Below are positions 25,591 through 39,029 of a DNA stretch of 64,000 nt, one piece after another. Position 1 is the stretch's first letter, and the number at the start of each line of letters is the position of its first letter. Source of the stretch: Octopus vulgaris (lineage: Eukaryota). Below the pieces are notes generated by a model. The model saw only the letters and a program-made list of their open reading frames with translations. It had not been told where the DNA came from and did not search any database. The position numbers were made by a program, and so were the translations under genes. Where the stretch lies: the NCBI GenBank assembly GCA_951406725.2, contig OX597821.1, positions 77,810,001-77,874,000 on the forward strand. Direction: 5' to 3'.

Positions 25591-26075
25591 AGAACCCCAG
25601 TGAGACGCAACGTTACGTCTTTGGCCAACTACATATGGCGTTTAAAAGAAAAGGGAGCACCATACAGAATTAAATGGAAGCGCCTAGATCAGCTTGGACG
25701 GGAGTAGACGATGAAAACTTTGTTTGACCAAGATGGTAAGGATCCTTAAATATTCACTTGATCCGGGGGCTTTTTTTAAATTTCAAAAGTGAGATGTTCA
25801 GTTGGTGTCCACATGAGAGAAAATTCATGTTGAAGACACAGACCTCCCTGCTTGATGACGAGTGAACGGTAATTGTACATAAACTGACCCTTTTCGGGCG
25901 TAACTGGAATAGTTCGAGGGGAGATAACTCCATCTCTCCCAGAAGGGGGTTTTCGCTACAAAGAATTTCGTTTCAGGGTTATTTTGTCTCAACCTTGCTG
26001 ACCGAGACTGAATTCTTCCCTCCATTAATAAAGAAGTTATGTGCCTGCAACAAGCGAGTCTCATGAGTCGGCTAT
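25590..26075 (+). mobile_element. PLE GIY-YIG C-terminal remnant
   Basis: TSLANYIWRLKEKGAPYRIKWK at about 25615-25680 is typical of PLE endonuclease tails; the remainder is degenerate. Confidence 0.5.
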
Positions 26076-26084
26076 ATTGCTGAG

Positions 26085-26313
26085 AGCGGCGAGCTGGTAG
26101 AAACGTTAGCACGCCGGGCGAAATTCGTAGCCGTATTTCTTCTGTCGTTACGTTCCGAGTTCAAATTCCGCCGAGGTCGACTTTGCCTTTCATCTTTTCG
26201 GGGTCGATAAATTAAGTACCAGTTACGCACTGGGGTCGATGTAGTCGACTTAATCCCTTTGTCTGTCCTTGTTTGTCCCCTCTGTGTTTAGCCCCTTGTG
26301 GGTAGTAAAGAAA
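26085..26313 (+). mobile_element. SINE family B
   Basis: GCGGCGAGCTGGTAGAAACGTTAG..GAGTTCAAATTCC..GGGGTCGATAAATTAAGTACC. Confidence 0.85.
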
Positions 26314-26453
26314 TATATATTGCTAAGAGCAATAATACACGCGAAAGCAATGGTATTTTCCTGATCGGCAGTAATCAATGACTATATTAAATATTACTAC
26401 TCAAAAAACATTTTAAAGTGTACTTTTTATCGGACTTATGAACAACTGACCGA

Positions 26454-26484
<31 letters not shown>

Positions 26485-26500
26485 CATACACACATACATA

Positions 26501-27038
26501 TGTAGAAGCTCGCTTAGCCATGCCTAACTGCCATTCGAAACCGAATCCACACACTTGTTGCTTATCAGACAACTGTCTAATTCCTTTGTGTTTTATCTCC
26601 ATGCTGAGAGATAAATGAGAAACATCTGACCTCCTAGGACCTTTGTTGTTCACTGAAGGGATCAGTCCATTGTTTTTTAGTTTGACCTACTTCCTGGCCA
26701 TACCCTATAAAACTGAGATCATCTCTCTCTTGCCCTTTTCGGTTGGCAGACTTGCAACTGGTAGCAAATGGCTTCCCGGTCAATAGCATCGGCCGAATCG
26801 GACGGGGACAATGCAATCCTTAGCCTTTCTTCACCTCTGTCAACAGAACGCGTAAGTAACACGCTACCAACTACCAGCAAGCGACCAACATGCCAATTAC
26901 TACTATGTATATTTTACTAACCACTGCCGGCAAATAAATTGATGAATATTCTTCTTTTCTCTTCGATATTGCTTTTGCGCTGTTTCGTGCTGCTTTCAAC
27001 TATTTACATAGAACGGAGCAAGAAGCGCAATTTCTACA
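26501..27038 (+). mobile_element. probable solo LTR
   Basis: TGTAGAA...TTCTACA termini, TATAAAA near 26705, AATAAA near 26933; no clear TSD. Confidence 0.45.
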
Positions 27039-27174
27039 CCAAATAACTTTACAGTTGTACGGTACGATTGGTACCTTCGACGTAAGAACCTTGTATTCGT
27101 ATGCAACATATGGTGATCCTTTATATCTTGCCACTACACCTGGTAGCTCCGATGTACACTCACATCTGTCAGTT

Positions 27175-27209
<35 letters not shown>

Positions 27210-27525
27210 CATACACACACACACACACGTACACACGAAACAGCTTTATGGGTGCTTACACCAACAAACTCGGGGAACACAATGCATACAGCTAATGAAA
27301 TACGTCTAATGATGTAGACTGTTGTTGATAATGCATGTGTGTGTGTGTCGGTGTGTGTGTGTGTATGTGTGTGTGTGCGTGCGTATATATATATATATAT
27401 ATACACACAAGTATGCATATATGTATGTAAATGTGTATGTGCGTATGTATGGGTGCCTGTTTGTGTGTGTGTGTGTGTATATATGTATAGATATATATAT
27501 ACATATACACAAGTATGTGTGAGTG

Positions 27526-27563
<38 letters not shown>

Positions 27564-28306
27564 TGTGTGTGGTAGCATGTACCACGTTTTCACAAATTGT
27601 TTTAGGGGCTTATATATTCACGAGGAGATGTTGTCAGTTTCCCAGATGTCACTAAATTTATATCGAAACATTGTGTAGATCTGGAAAACAAACTATTTTG
27701 TAAGTAAATTGATTAAATGATGGTCACGAAACCGATGTATTTTATGGAAAATAGTAAATACGTTTAGGTGGAAAGTCACAAAGCAATATCTTGACTTAAT
27801 ACAAAAATAGAATTAAAAACCACAATAAGTTGATCTAAAAAAAGAAATAATAGTAAAACCGCCAAAGATTGTTGAATAACTTATTTTTGAACAATTTTCA
27901 ATTTACAAGAAGATGAACGGCAGATATTTAACGAACAATAGGAACAACGACAATCGAGAGAGAAGCATTTTAGTGAGAATGTGAAAATCTTCTCAGCTAT
28001 TGTTTCCCCGAATAGCAAATAGTTCACACAGGCGCGTCATTAATATGCGGGTGTATGTCTTACGTCATCAGACTCAGTTAATGGATCACGTAGTCATGTT
28101 GATGTATTGTCAACACGACTTCCAGGTTTACTGCATGACAAACACAGGTAAAAATTATTGTCTTCATTTTCAGCTGACATAATTTTACTTCTCTTGTGCT
28201 TATATATATATATAATAATAAAATAGGGTAATAATAAATTATTATTACCAGTGGCCTAGCACAAAAAAAAAAACGAATTAGTCATTAGACTATATATTAT
28301 TCATAT

Positions 28307-28500
28307 AGAAATACAATAAGAGGCTTCCAAATAGGAAAGCGTTGTGCTAGAACACAAAAAAGGATAAATTCACGAAAGGAAGGAAAATTAAAAACATTTA
28401 CCATCTCAACTATGGTAAATGCTTTTAATTTCCATTCCTTTCGTGAATTTATCTTTTTTGTGTTCTAGCACAACGCTTTCCTATTTGAAGCCTCTTATTG

Positions 28501-28507
<7 letters not shown>
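28307..28507. repeat. near-perfect fold-back (about 97-bp arms, 7-nt loop)
   Basis: Arms 28307-28404 and 28412-28507, loop CTCAACT. Upstream 28215-28265 resembles the start of the 2425 element (AGGGT..AGTGGCCTAG). Confidence 0.9.
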
Positions 28508-28591
<84 letters not shown>

Positions 28592-29569
28592 TATATATAT
28601 ATGTTGCGCCTTTCTCCTTATATTCAAGTGTATTGTGTAGTCTGCTTCTCTCTGTCGTTTTGTAAGCTTCTCCATGTCACTCTGGCTCTTAACCCAATAA
28701 TTTTCATTTTCCCATGCTGCTTTGTTTATTACTGGTCGTTTGACCTAAGTTTTATTGTTCTTTTTTCATTGAAAGAATTAAAAAAAAGTTTCTCGAAACT
28801 TTGTAAAGAGGAATTCGTAAAACATTTCGATGCCGAATCGTCAGAGCGTCGGACTAAATTCCTTTGATATTCAGTTACAGTCCTTTAGTTCAAAATTCTG
28901 TCGTGAGTGATGGAGAGGGAGGGGGTAGAGGAAGAGTGAAAAAGAGGAAAGAGAGAGGGAAATATAGACAGATAGATAGAGAGAGAGAGAGTGAGAGAGA
29001 GAGCTGTGTGGTGAAGAAGCTCGCTTTTGTCCATGTGTTTAGTCTCAGTGCGCGGCATCTTAGGCAAGTGTCTTCTGCTATATCTCCGGACCAGCCAATG
29101 CCTTGTGAGTAAATTTGGCAGATGGAAATTGTGTGGAAGCCCGTTGGTTTGTTTATGACACCGCAACTTAGCTCTTCGGCATAAAAGGAGACCGATTGAA
29201 TATGTTTTAGTCTTAAAATATAAGTATTAGGGGGTGATTTGTTCGACTAAACTCTTCAAGATGGCCGCAGTCAAATGACTGAAAATAATATATATATATA
29301 TATATATATTTCGGAGTCGACGAAACTCTTGGCACCTCGCTGGTTGCATTGCGTTCCCATTCAATGGGTTCGATTCTTCCATTTGGATCCAAATTATTTG
29401 GCTGCGTTGTCTTTCGTTGTCTGGGAGATTGTTAAATTGGTCATTCTACTTTCATGGATAATTAGGTAAAAGGCTGCATTCCCGAAAAAGAATGACCACG
29501 CAATAAATGCTATGTGCTTCCAGACATTTATTATTTTAACCAGTTTATATATATATGTTATTTTTTTTA

Positions 29570-29874
29570 TGCTCCCTTTTCAAGCCTAGCAAGGCTCATG
29601 GGTCCGGTTTCCCGGTTTCTGTGGCGTATGTGTTCCCCCCAGCTGGACAGGACACCAGTCCATCGCAGCGTTACTCAAGAAACAGGAAGAAAGAGTGAAA
29701 GAGAGTTGGGGCGAAAGTGTACAACAGGGGTCGCCACCCCCCCCCTGCTGGAGCATCGTGGAGCTTTAAGTATTTTCGGTCAATAAACACACACAACACC
29801 CGGTCTGGGAATCGAAACCGCGATCCTCCGACCGTGAGTCCGCTGTCCTAACCACTGGGCCATTGCGCCTCCAC
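29570..29874 (-). mobile_element. tRNA-derived SINE family D, full length
   Basis: Reverse strand GTGGAGGCGCAATGGCCCAGTGGTTAGG..GTTTCGATTCCC; TSD AGTTTATATAT at 29542-29552 and 29875-29885. Confidence 0.85.
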
Positions 29875-29989
29875 AGTTTATATATTACATGCATACAAAT
29901 AAATTCATATATTACATTGGTTTCAAATGTTGGCACAAGGTCAACAAATTCGTGAACAGGTTAAGTCGATTACATCGATTACATTGATA

Positions 29990-30374
29990 CAGTAGAACTT
30001 CGCAGTACGAGTGCCCCATTGAACGAGTAATTTGCTATACGAGCCAACACTCGTGCGAATATTTGTCTTGAAGTACGAACGGAAATCCGCAGTACGAGCA
30101 CACAAATCGTCCCATCTTTAAGGCAATTCAGTTAATAAAACCAGTTTACATATTTCTTTTGCATTCTCTTTTTTATAATTATCATTTTACTTGTAACTAC
30201 ACCTTCTCTGTTTTGAAACCCATAAACAATTACTTTTTAGGGGTTTTGGGGCGCTGGAACGAATTAATTACATTTTAGTTAATTTCAATGGGGAAAATTG
30301 ATTTGTAAAATGAATAAATCGTAAGACGATCTCGATCATGGAACGAACTAAACTCGCACTGCAAGGTATCACTG
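29990..30374. mobile_element. Tigger-like MITE nested in a family B SINE (29915-30510, minus strand)
   Basis: TA|CAGTAGAACTTCGCAGTACGAG ... CTCGCACTGCAAGGTATCACTG|TA. Confidence 0.75.
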
Positions 30375-30539
30375 TACTTATTTTATCGACTCTGAAAGGA
30401 TGAAAGAAAAATCGACCGCAGTGGCATTTGAACTCGGAACATAAAGATGAAAGACATGCAGCCGAGTATTTTGCCCGGTGCGTTAACGATTCCGCCAGCT
30501 CACCACCTTTCTGAGAGAGAGTGACTTGATCCTTGATCC

Positions 30540-31720
30540 CGGTTATCTTTGATGAGAATTAATCTGAAGTCTGGGGTTCAAAAGTGCAGCAAATATCCCG
30601 TAACTGTGTCCAGCAATCCACATAAATTCACACATTTTATTGAAAAGCATTTTTGCTAGAATGTATGATAGTTAAAACTTTACAATATGGGATATAAAGA
30701 GAAAGCTATTGGGAAATCTGTTATGTTATGTGTCTGTTATTAAGAAGATAATTGAGACTAAAGTGGGTAATTATAGAGAATGATGTCTGCATGTATATAT
30801 TTAGGTTTTTCGACATTACAACACACGGATAATTATCTTCATCGAACATTGTGTACAATGTATGTTATGCAAGGACAAGTAGAAGAAAACGAAAGTACGT
30901 CTCGTGGAAAGTAAATTCTCTGTGTAGAATCTAAGTTGGCTCTGCTCGAGGGTTCGAATCTCTAACTTTCTAAAACTCCGAGCAAAATTTCCAGAACATT
31001 CGAAAATGCAATTTGATGGAAATTTTACATATTCCCGCCAAACTTTTCTTTAGATGTCTGTCACCGTTAATTGTTACATCTCCACCGATGCTGATTGATC
31101 AGAAAACATTTACCTTGAAGTCCCTTTCTCTCGGGGCTGTTAATGCCTTTTATACTGATATAATTCGGCAGTGATTCTAAGCTGAAAATTGGATTAAGGT
31201 GATTCTAATCTAGACAAAGTCTCGCTACAAGGTTTAACCATCTGCGTTTTTTCATATAAGTCAGAATGGATGTGAAATATAGGAAGTGGTTACATTCAGC
31301 AATCACATTGTTTTCAGTTCTATCTATATATAATAATGTCGGAAGTGTGAGCCCAAGCGGAGAACTGAAAATTACTCCATCTACTTTTGGTAAATTGCAT
31401 TAAATGGATGCTGACAATCTTCAGTTGGTCTTGGTTCTCAGTTGTGGCATCCAAGTAATTCAAAAGACAGTTCAAGATGTATTTCCTAAAAATGCAAAGA
31501 ACAGAAAACTTGAAATCAAATTTTACTCTTACATTTTTAACATTATTTTTTGATCTAATTGAATTTAATTGGATTAAAAAACAACTCTTCTAATTTATAC
31601 TTAGATATTTAGTTAGTTTCCAGCCAGAATTGGCCAAGGTTTTGACCTACAAGCATCACCTGAAGAAAACATGCAATCAGCAATGTTTTCTATTATCTGT
31701 AGCAGAACTTGGGTGGGATA
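30540..31720 (-). pseudogene. highly degenerate hAT (Ac/ZBED-like) transposase fossil
   Basis: Collinear motif remnants: GDACRSK (31640-31660), LKIVSI, AHT (31344-31352), HRW (31082-31090), YPTL with frameshift (about 30765), LAKMLFNKM..AALLNPRLQ (30564-30659). Confidence 0.5.
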
Positions 31721-33142
31721 TATTAGTCTCTATTTTCTGTTTCACACTAAAAATAAAGAAGAAAAAACGAGCGCATTTCAGAAAATGTTTCATAACCTTT
31801 TAGCTCCTCTGTGAAAAATCGTTCTCCAATGCAAAATATTCGCTACTTAAGTGTAAAACTGTAGCCAACTACTTGGAACGCGTAAACATAATTTACTTGT
31901 TGGAACCACGGTTCACTCAATGCACAGGAGTCTTGATTAGCAGCAAAAGAAATGTTGCGATACACAAGATTGCATACGATAGATATCATATAAAACATCA
32001 TATAACTTGGCTGTTATAGTCATAAATTTAATAATAGGAAATTCAGCCAAGTAAATAAGAATGTCAACAAGCCTTGTGGTAAAATGAGTCACATAAATAA
32101 TCATACAATTACAATAAGAGGAATGGTTATAGTAACTTTCATAACGGTAACATAATGTTAACAACAATAATAATGTTGGTAATAATAACGATGGAGATAA
32201 GAACAATTGTAATAACAATAACACTGATAATAATAATAATAATCATAAAAATAATGATAGCAACAAAAATGATAATTGTATACTAATAATGGAGATGGTA
32301 GTAACATGAGTAACGCAAATATTGACCAATTTCATAATAATAAGAAATGCAATTGTAAAGATAAAGCTGGATGTCCTCAAGGGAGTGAATGTCTCCAAAA
32401 AATAAAAAAATAAACAACATCGTATACATGTTTGTTTGGAAGAAACTGTATATTGCTATTCAAAGGAGGATTAATTAGCAAACATTCGGAGATTATTATG
32501 AGATGCAATCGCAGATTTCTTGAAACCATCCTCCTCGCCAGGCTAGCCTGGTGTGGGTGCCTGTTTATTTGCCCACGATATTACTATGCAACAGGTTGTA
32601 CAGGATTACCAGTACATGTTACCAGTAGCGAAAATGAGAGACCTGTAAGCATTAATGGACCTACAATTTTGGGCAGGCAGTGATGGTATTTCTGCATGTG
32701 CATTGCGGCTTTATTTTTAACTTGACACTTTTTAACTTTATACCTTTTTGTTATTCGAAAGTCCTACAGCGATAGAAAAGTGGTGAAACATGCAAACTTG
32801 ACGAGTTGGAAGCATGTAGTTATCGATCTACACATAGATTAATAAATTAAGTGAATAATTAAGGTGATGTGGAATGTTTAAGGAATGAGAAACCCTTTCT
32901 CGTGCCAACGCTTGGTAGACGCACAATGCAAGAGCACACCTTTGATGCAAGTCTGAAGAAATGTCACTCTAATGTTTAAAACCGCAAATATTACTTAACC
33001 TTTCGCGTAGGACGTTTGAATGAATCGGCGTTGAAAACAGAGTTGATACAGAAACAACTGTAATTGGTCATAAAAGATGCGATAAACATTTTCTTCATAT
33101 TTGGATTACATATATATAATATAGATGTGTAACAAAGATATA

Positions 33143-33471
33143 TAAGTGTCAATTCATTACGGCCGTTTCGAGCGACTCTTTTAATTGATCAGTGAATTCG
33201 TTATATCATTACAAAGAAAACCGTCCCAATCAGATGACCGCATAAACCTCAAGCATAAAGGACAAGTTAGATATCTAAATATATTCATATAATCAATTGA
33301 GAGCAAATATTTACAATGATTCCGCTGTTAAATTTTTAAATATCTAGCTTGTCCTTTATGCTTGAGGTCTATGCGGTCATCTGATCAGAACGGTTTCTTT
33401 TGTAATGATGTAATGCTTTCATTGATCAATTAAAAGTGTCGCACGAAGCGGTCGTAATGAATTGACACTTA
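33143..33471. repeat. inverted duplication carrying two degenerate hammerheads (33154-33237 minus; 33377-33460 plus)
   Basis: Arms 33143-33279 and 33335-33471. Merged consensus UCAU CUGAUnA..UCGCUC GAAAC GGCC GUA AUGA. Confidence 0.8.
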
Positions 33472-33615
33472 CTCATTTATATTTTACTCCCAAATCCTGC
33501 AATCTGCACTTCGGAAGTATTTGGAAAGTATCTTTATATAAAGTACATGTCTGAGCGAAGAAGACTGGATTTATTCACTGAGTTGGATCGTGCCATCTGC
33601 ATAAACTGCAAGAAT

Positions 33616-34591
33616 ATCAGGTGGAAAAAATTCTGTGTAGGGTTTGATACTCGCCTAATATTGTTTGAGCGTGCAAAGAAGTTCGTTTTAATAAGGTGCC
33701 ACAATTTAAGTACCTAATTCAACTGAATCTAAATTATTGAAACAAATGATACATGCTCTTTATTACATGGGGAAATGAAGGTAAATCTTCATATTTCAAT
33801 GTTAGCACCGGTGACGTCAACCAGTTTCCTCAAACGGCCAGGGATGGAATGAACAACCTTCTGAAGGACGTCGTCTGGGATATCATTGGGAACCTTCTGA
33901 ATCCGTGTCTCCAAGTCCTCCAGTGTGCGATCGGTATTGACCGGTTTCATAACATCTCAGCCACGTCGCTCCAGAGGATGTTTTCAAACAATTTAGGCCA
34001 AACTTCATTCCAGCCTAGCATTAACTCTCCATATTCCATTTTGCGGCCATAGTCTTCAGGTTTTACTTCCTGCACGTAATGCGGTTTCCACGGACGAAAA
34101 TTTAATTCTTTATGCAACACCGTACGTATTGTGTATTTTGTTAGTCCACTCACACGAGCTGCTTGACCTGTTGTTTTTTTTGCGGGTTGCGATTAGTCAT
34201 CTCCTGCACTGTTGCCACGTTCTCCACTGATCGGGATGTGGTTGGACGGTCACTTCTTGCATCGTTCATGGACCACGTGGTCATCAGCTTTGCTTGACAA
34301 CTTTTTATTTTGTCCGGACGTAGTGTTGCATGCTTACTTTTCAATGCACGGCACCATCTCTGAAACAAAACAGTGGAATTCCACACTTCGTAGTGTGCTG
34401 CTATCTTACATCGCTCCTAAACGGTCAAGCGACCGGCTATCTGGAAAATAAGAAATAAAAAAATAAGGCAATAAGAAAACAAAAAATCCCCATTAGAGTT
34501 ATTTGTTTAAAAAATGATTTTGCCATGACTTCAGTGATACTAAAAATTCTATAAGCAGTTTTTAATGTCTAGTTACTTTCCACCCACACTG
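33616..34591 (-). mobile_element. Tc1/mariner DD41D (rosa-like) remnant, internally deleted
   Basis: LNFRPWKPHYVQEVKPED..FENILWSDVA; end TTTCCACCCACACTG|TA at 34591; other end uncertain. Confidence 0.7.
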
Positions 34592-34756
34592 TATATAAAA
34601 TTGAAGAATAATTACACAAAGTACAACTTTTGAATTAAAATGATCACTTACAAATAAAATGATATAATACACACACACACACGCACCCCCCCAGACACAC
34701 ATAAGGAAAATAAGACAAGGTAGAAAAAGCTAAAATAATTGTATCATGAAGAACAT

Positions 34757-34796
34757 TTTAGTACCGGTTTCAGTCTTTGCGACTTTTTCAACTTAG
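34757..34796 (-). ncRNA. minimal hammerhead motif with U3:A8 core covariation
   Basis: UUGAAAA AGUC GCAAA GACU GAAAC CG GUA; palindrome ACCGGU; stem I short. Confidence 0.5.
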
Positions 34797-34869
34797 AGTA
34801 AAGCATGAAAAACAATTAAATTGTGGAAAAATTAAATGAAATGTTTTTAAAAATATTTCCATAGTTTTT

Positions 34870-34942
<73 letters not shown>

Positions 34943-35991
34943 TCCCCTCATATATCCATATGCTCACGTATTCACATCCTCATAAAAGTACTAAAGTAAA
35001 TATATGCGTACCTGTACATAGATAGGTGCATTAGTTCAATATTAGTTGTTTATTGTTATTCAATTGGTTAAATAACAAACTTATTAATTAATAGTTTTTT
35101 TTTCTTCATGTCGTGGTTAAACAATCGGTGTTTGCTAGTGAAAGTCGGTTCGTTGCAATTCGTGACCTCTTCAATGACAAGCGCTCTCACTTCAAGGTCT
35201 GTCCTTAAGCAATTGATTAACAATAAAAAAAGGTGATGTTGAACCAGTGTGTGGGTTATTATTGTTGACGTAAAGAGCCACCCAAAACACAACAAGATCT
35301 ATAATGCGGTATTTTATAAATAAATGCATAAATGGAAACAGTTACACACAGTGAAAGGCGTTCTAACTGTGACTCTATTATTTGATTCAATTATTGGTTG
35401 TCGCGACTACATAAGCCAATCTTATGCCTTCCTTTTATTCTTTTTCGTTAAAGACGGTCGGGTGTCATTTGAAAGATTTTTCTTTGTTATTTCTAGCGGG
35501 TCGAGCAACTTCTTAAAGTCACTCATCGGTTCGTCCGTCCGTCCACTGCAGAAAAAGTATAAACGAGCGAATAACAACAAAAGAGTTAACACAGTTATAT
35601 GTGGTGCGTACAAATATATACCTTTGTCTCAGAATGTCCGTGTGTGTGTATTTGTGTGTTTATTTGTGCGCGCATGCGTATGGAAGTCTGAGAATATTCT
35701 CATATATATTTACTAGTTCTGTTCTATATGCGCCAGTACTGCGTTGTTTTTAAATGTTTTCTTCTTTCTTCCTCTTTTTTCTTCACGCTTCGTTTCTTTC
35801 TGCTCCGTCATCGTTCCTATTCATTCGATCTTACACATATAAAAAAAAAAAAAAAACATATTTGTGCGTGTACGTGCGAGTGCGTGTGTGCGAGTGAGTG
35901 TGTGTGTGAAGGTGTATATAATGCGTATATACATACATATACTCATATATATATACACATATGTATATGTATGAGTATTTGTATATGTGTG

Positions 35992-36041
<50 letters not shown>

Positions 36042-36043
36042 AT

Positions 36044-36134
<91 letters not shown>

Positions 36135-36209
36135 CATAAATACAGATAGAAAGACAAACGCACAAGTAAAGATATCTATCTGCCTTCCAATCAATCTGCC
36201 TGTCTGTCC

Positions 36210-36337
<128 letters not shown>

Positions 36338-36420
36338 GCCTGTCTGTCTGTCTGTCTGTCTGTATGTCTGTCTATCTATCTATCTATTTCTGTATATTTA
36401 CACATACGCACATAAACGTC

Positions 36421-36472
<52 letters not shown>

Positions 36473-36751
36473 TATATAAGCATGTTTCTGTATGTGTGTG
36501 TGTGTCTGTGCGTGTGTGTGTTTATGTCAGTGTGTGTATGTGTGTACAAATGCGTACGAAAATATATACTTATATAATGCACATATTTAAATATGTATAA
36601 ATGCATGGGTGAGTGAATTAGTAAAGACATTCATGTGCGCACCTCTGTGTGAGTATATATTAATATATCAATATATCATTATATATATATATATATATAT
36701 ATCTATATCTATATCAAATAAAATTAAAAACAGAGCACAAAGGATATTGCG

Positions 36752-36784
<33 letters not shown>

Positions 36785-36793
36785 GTATGTATA

Positions 36794-37975
36794 TTGGGTC
36801 GTCCCATAAATAATGCGGTTTTCTTAACTGCATGAACTAAAAGTCGGAGGAGGACGGGATAATCTACTTGCATCAACTTGCTATAAAACCAGGTAGTAAT
36901 TTTACCTTACTTTTAGTGCAAGTTTTGAACAGTGCAGCTCGATTTTAACAGCTATTCTTTTCTAAGCTATAATGGAAGTAACAAAGAAGCATATTCGGCA
37001 TATTTTGCTTTATGAGTTCAAAGAAGGCAACAACACAACGGAAAGTGTGAAGTATATTAATGCAGCATACGGAGTTAGGACAATAAGCGTGAGCCAGTGT
37101 CAACGGTGGTTACAGAAATTCAGTGCCGGAAACTACAGCTTAGAAGATGAGACTCGTCCTGGAAGATGTATAGAGCTCGATGAGGTCGTCCTAGAAACCC
37201 TGGTAGAAGAAAATCCCATAGTAATTGTTGAGATACTAGCAGAGAAGCTTGGATTTGGTCATTCAACCATTCATCGACACCTGTATGCCATCGGAAAAGT
37301 CAGAAAATTGGGTCAGACGGTTCCTCACAAACTTTCCGGGTCTATTCTCGCGTAGAGAGTGAATCTGTGCTTTTCTTTACTGTCACGTCTCATGAATGGA
37401 CCTTGTTTGGACCGAATAGTGTCTGGTGACGAGAAATGGGTTCTCTATAGCACCGAAGACAGCGGGCAGGGAAAAGAGAAACACCGGCACCCAAGGCTAA
37501 AGAAGGTCTTCATCTATGTAAGGTGTTGTTATCTGTTTGGTGGGATATGAAAGGGTTAGTCCACTTTGAACTTTTAAACCCAAACCAAACGATAACAAGA
37601 GATCTACTTGGGCGGCTTAAGTCAGTACTAGAAGAAAAACGACCATCTTTGGTTTCAAGACGGAAGGTGTTCTTCAATCAGAATAATGCTCGTCCACATA
37701 CAGCGAGGATGACATTCCAAAGGCTGGAACAGTTTGAATGAGAAATGATGCTCCACCTACCATATGTATATATACATGACGAAAAATACTCCTCCAGTAC
37801 TGTTCGGACCTCGTCTACATAGTTCATATTTTTTCCGGAATAAATGATAATCAAATGGGGCAATGTCCTACCATATTCACCAGACATTGCCCCATTTGAT
37901 TATCATTTATTCCGGAAAAAATATGAACTATGTAGACGAGGTCCGAACAGTACTGGAGGAGTATTTTTCGTCATG
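36794..37975 (+). mobile_element. mariner (DD34D) transposon, disrupted, 3' TIR lost
   Basis: TA|TTGGGTCGTCCCATAAATAATGCGG TIR; HTH ORF 36972-37355, VPHKL, SGDEKWV, VWWD, NARPH, YSPDIAPFDYHLF; stops and frameshifts. Confidence 0.92.
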
Positions 37976-37988
37976 TATATATACATAT
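37762..37988. repeat. 106-bp-arm inverted duplication inside the mariner
   Basis: Arms 37762-37867 and 37883-37988, 15-nt loop; CTACCATAT duplicated at 37757 and 37868. Confidence 0.9.
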
Positions 37989-38139
37989 ATATAAATACAT
38001 ATAAATACATATAAATATATCTGTCACAGATCATAGGGATCGCTCGACCTCGGCCTCTTAAGTCAGCGAAATACTAAGTTATGCCAAGTAATTGTTCATA
38101 CTACAAGAGTAAGGTACTAGAATTCCTTACTCGTTCATT

Positions 38140-38498
38140 CTATTATTCTTTTATTTGACTGCGTCCATGCTGGAGCACCGCCTTTAGTCGAACATATCGG
38201 CCCCAAGACTTATTTTTTGTAAGCCTAGTACTTATTTTATCACGCTCTTTTGCCGATCCGCTAAGTTACGGGAACATAAACATATCAACATCGGTTGTCC
38301 AGCGATGGTGGGGGACAAACACACACATACATACGATGGGCTTCGCTCAGTTTTCGTCTACCAAATCCACTCACAAGGCTTTGGTCGGTCCGAGGCTATA
38401 ATAGAAGACACTTGCTCAAGTTGCCATTCAATGGGACTGAACCCAGAACCATGTGGTTGGCAAGCAAGCTACATACCACACAACAATTCCTGCACCTT
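38140..38498 (-). mobile_element. SINE family A
   Basis: CCATGCTGGAGCACCGCCTTTAGTCG..CCAAATCCACTCACAAGGCTTTGGTCGG..GGGACTGAACCC. Confidence 0.85.
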
Positions 38499-38964
38499 TT
38501 AAGTGTTTTTTTTTATTGCCTTTATCTAAAAAGTCTGATCCGAAGCGGGGCAACTGATACGTTTGCAACTTCAGCAGACATCTTTGTTGCTTAGTTTTAA
38601 TGCTTTTCCTTCTGTGATTGATCTCATATTGAACATCTTTTACAAATGTAACGATCATAGTTCAATTATAACACGAAACACAGCTGATGACACATTAATA
38701 AGAAATGACAAGTGGAAATAATGACAAAATCATTACATCTTAAAATCGGAATAAGAGCGGCTTGTGTGTTGTGAGTTAATTTGAAAAGAATTGACAGATC
38801 GAAATAACGAGGCGGAAAATGAAAGGAAGATTACATGGGAAGATTTGAGAGTGACAGCATATCTTTGATGATTAGAAAAACTTATTAATGAAGGTATAAA
38901 GAGAATGAGAGGAACGAGGTGGAAGAAGAAAATAGGCAACGTGGGAGAAACAAAGAAGTTAAGC

Positions 38965-39029
<65 letters not shown>

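Noticed and set aside
28755-28850. Further hammerhead-like strings (GAAACTTTGTA on plus; CTGACGA..GAAATGTT on minus)
   Set aside because: The core or stems are too poor to support.
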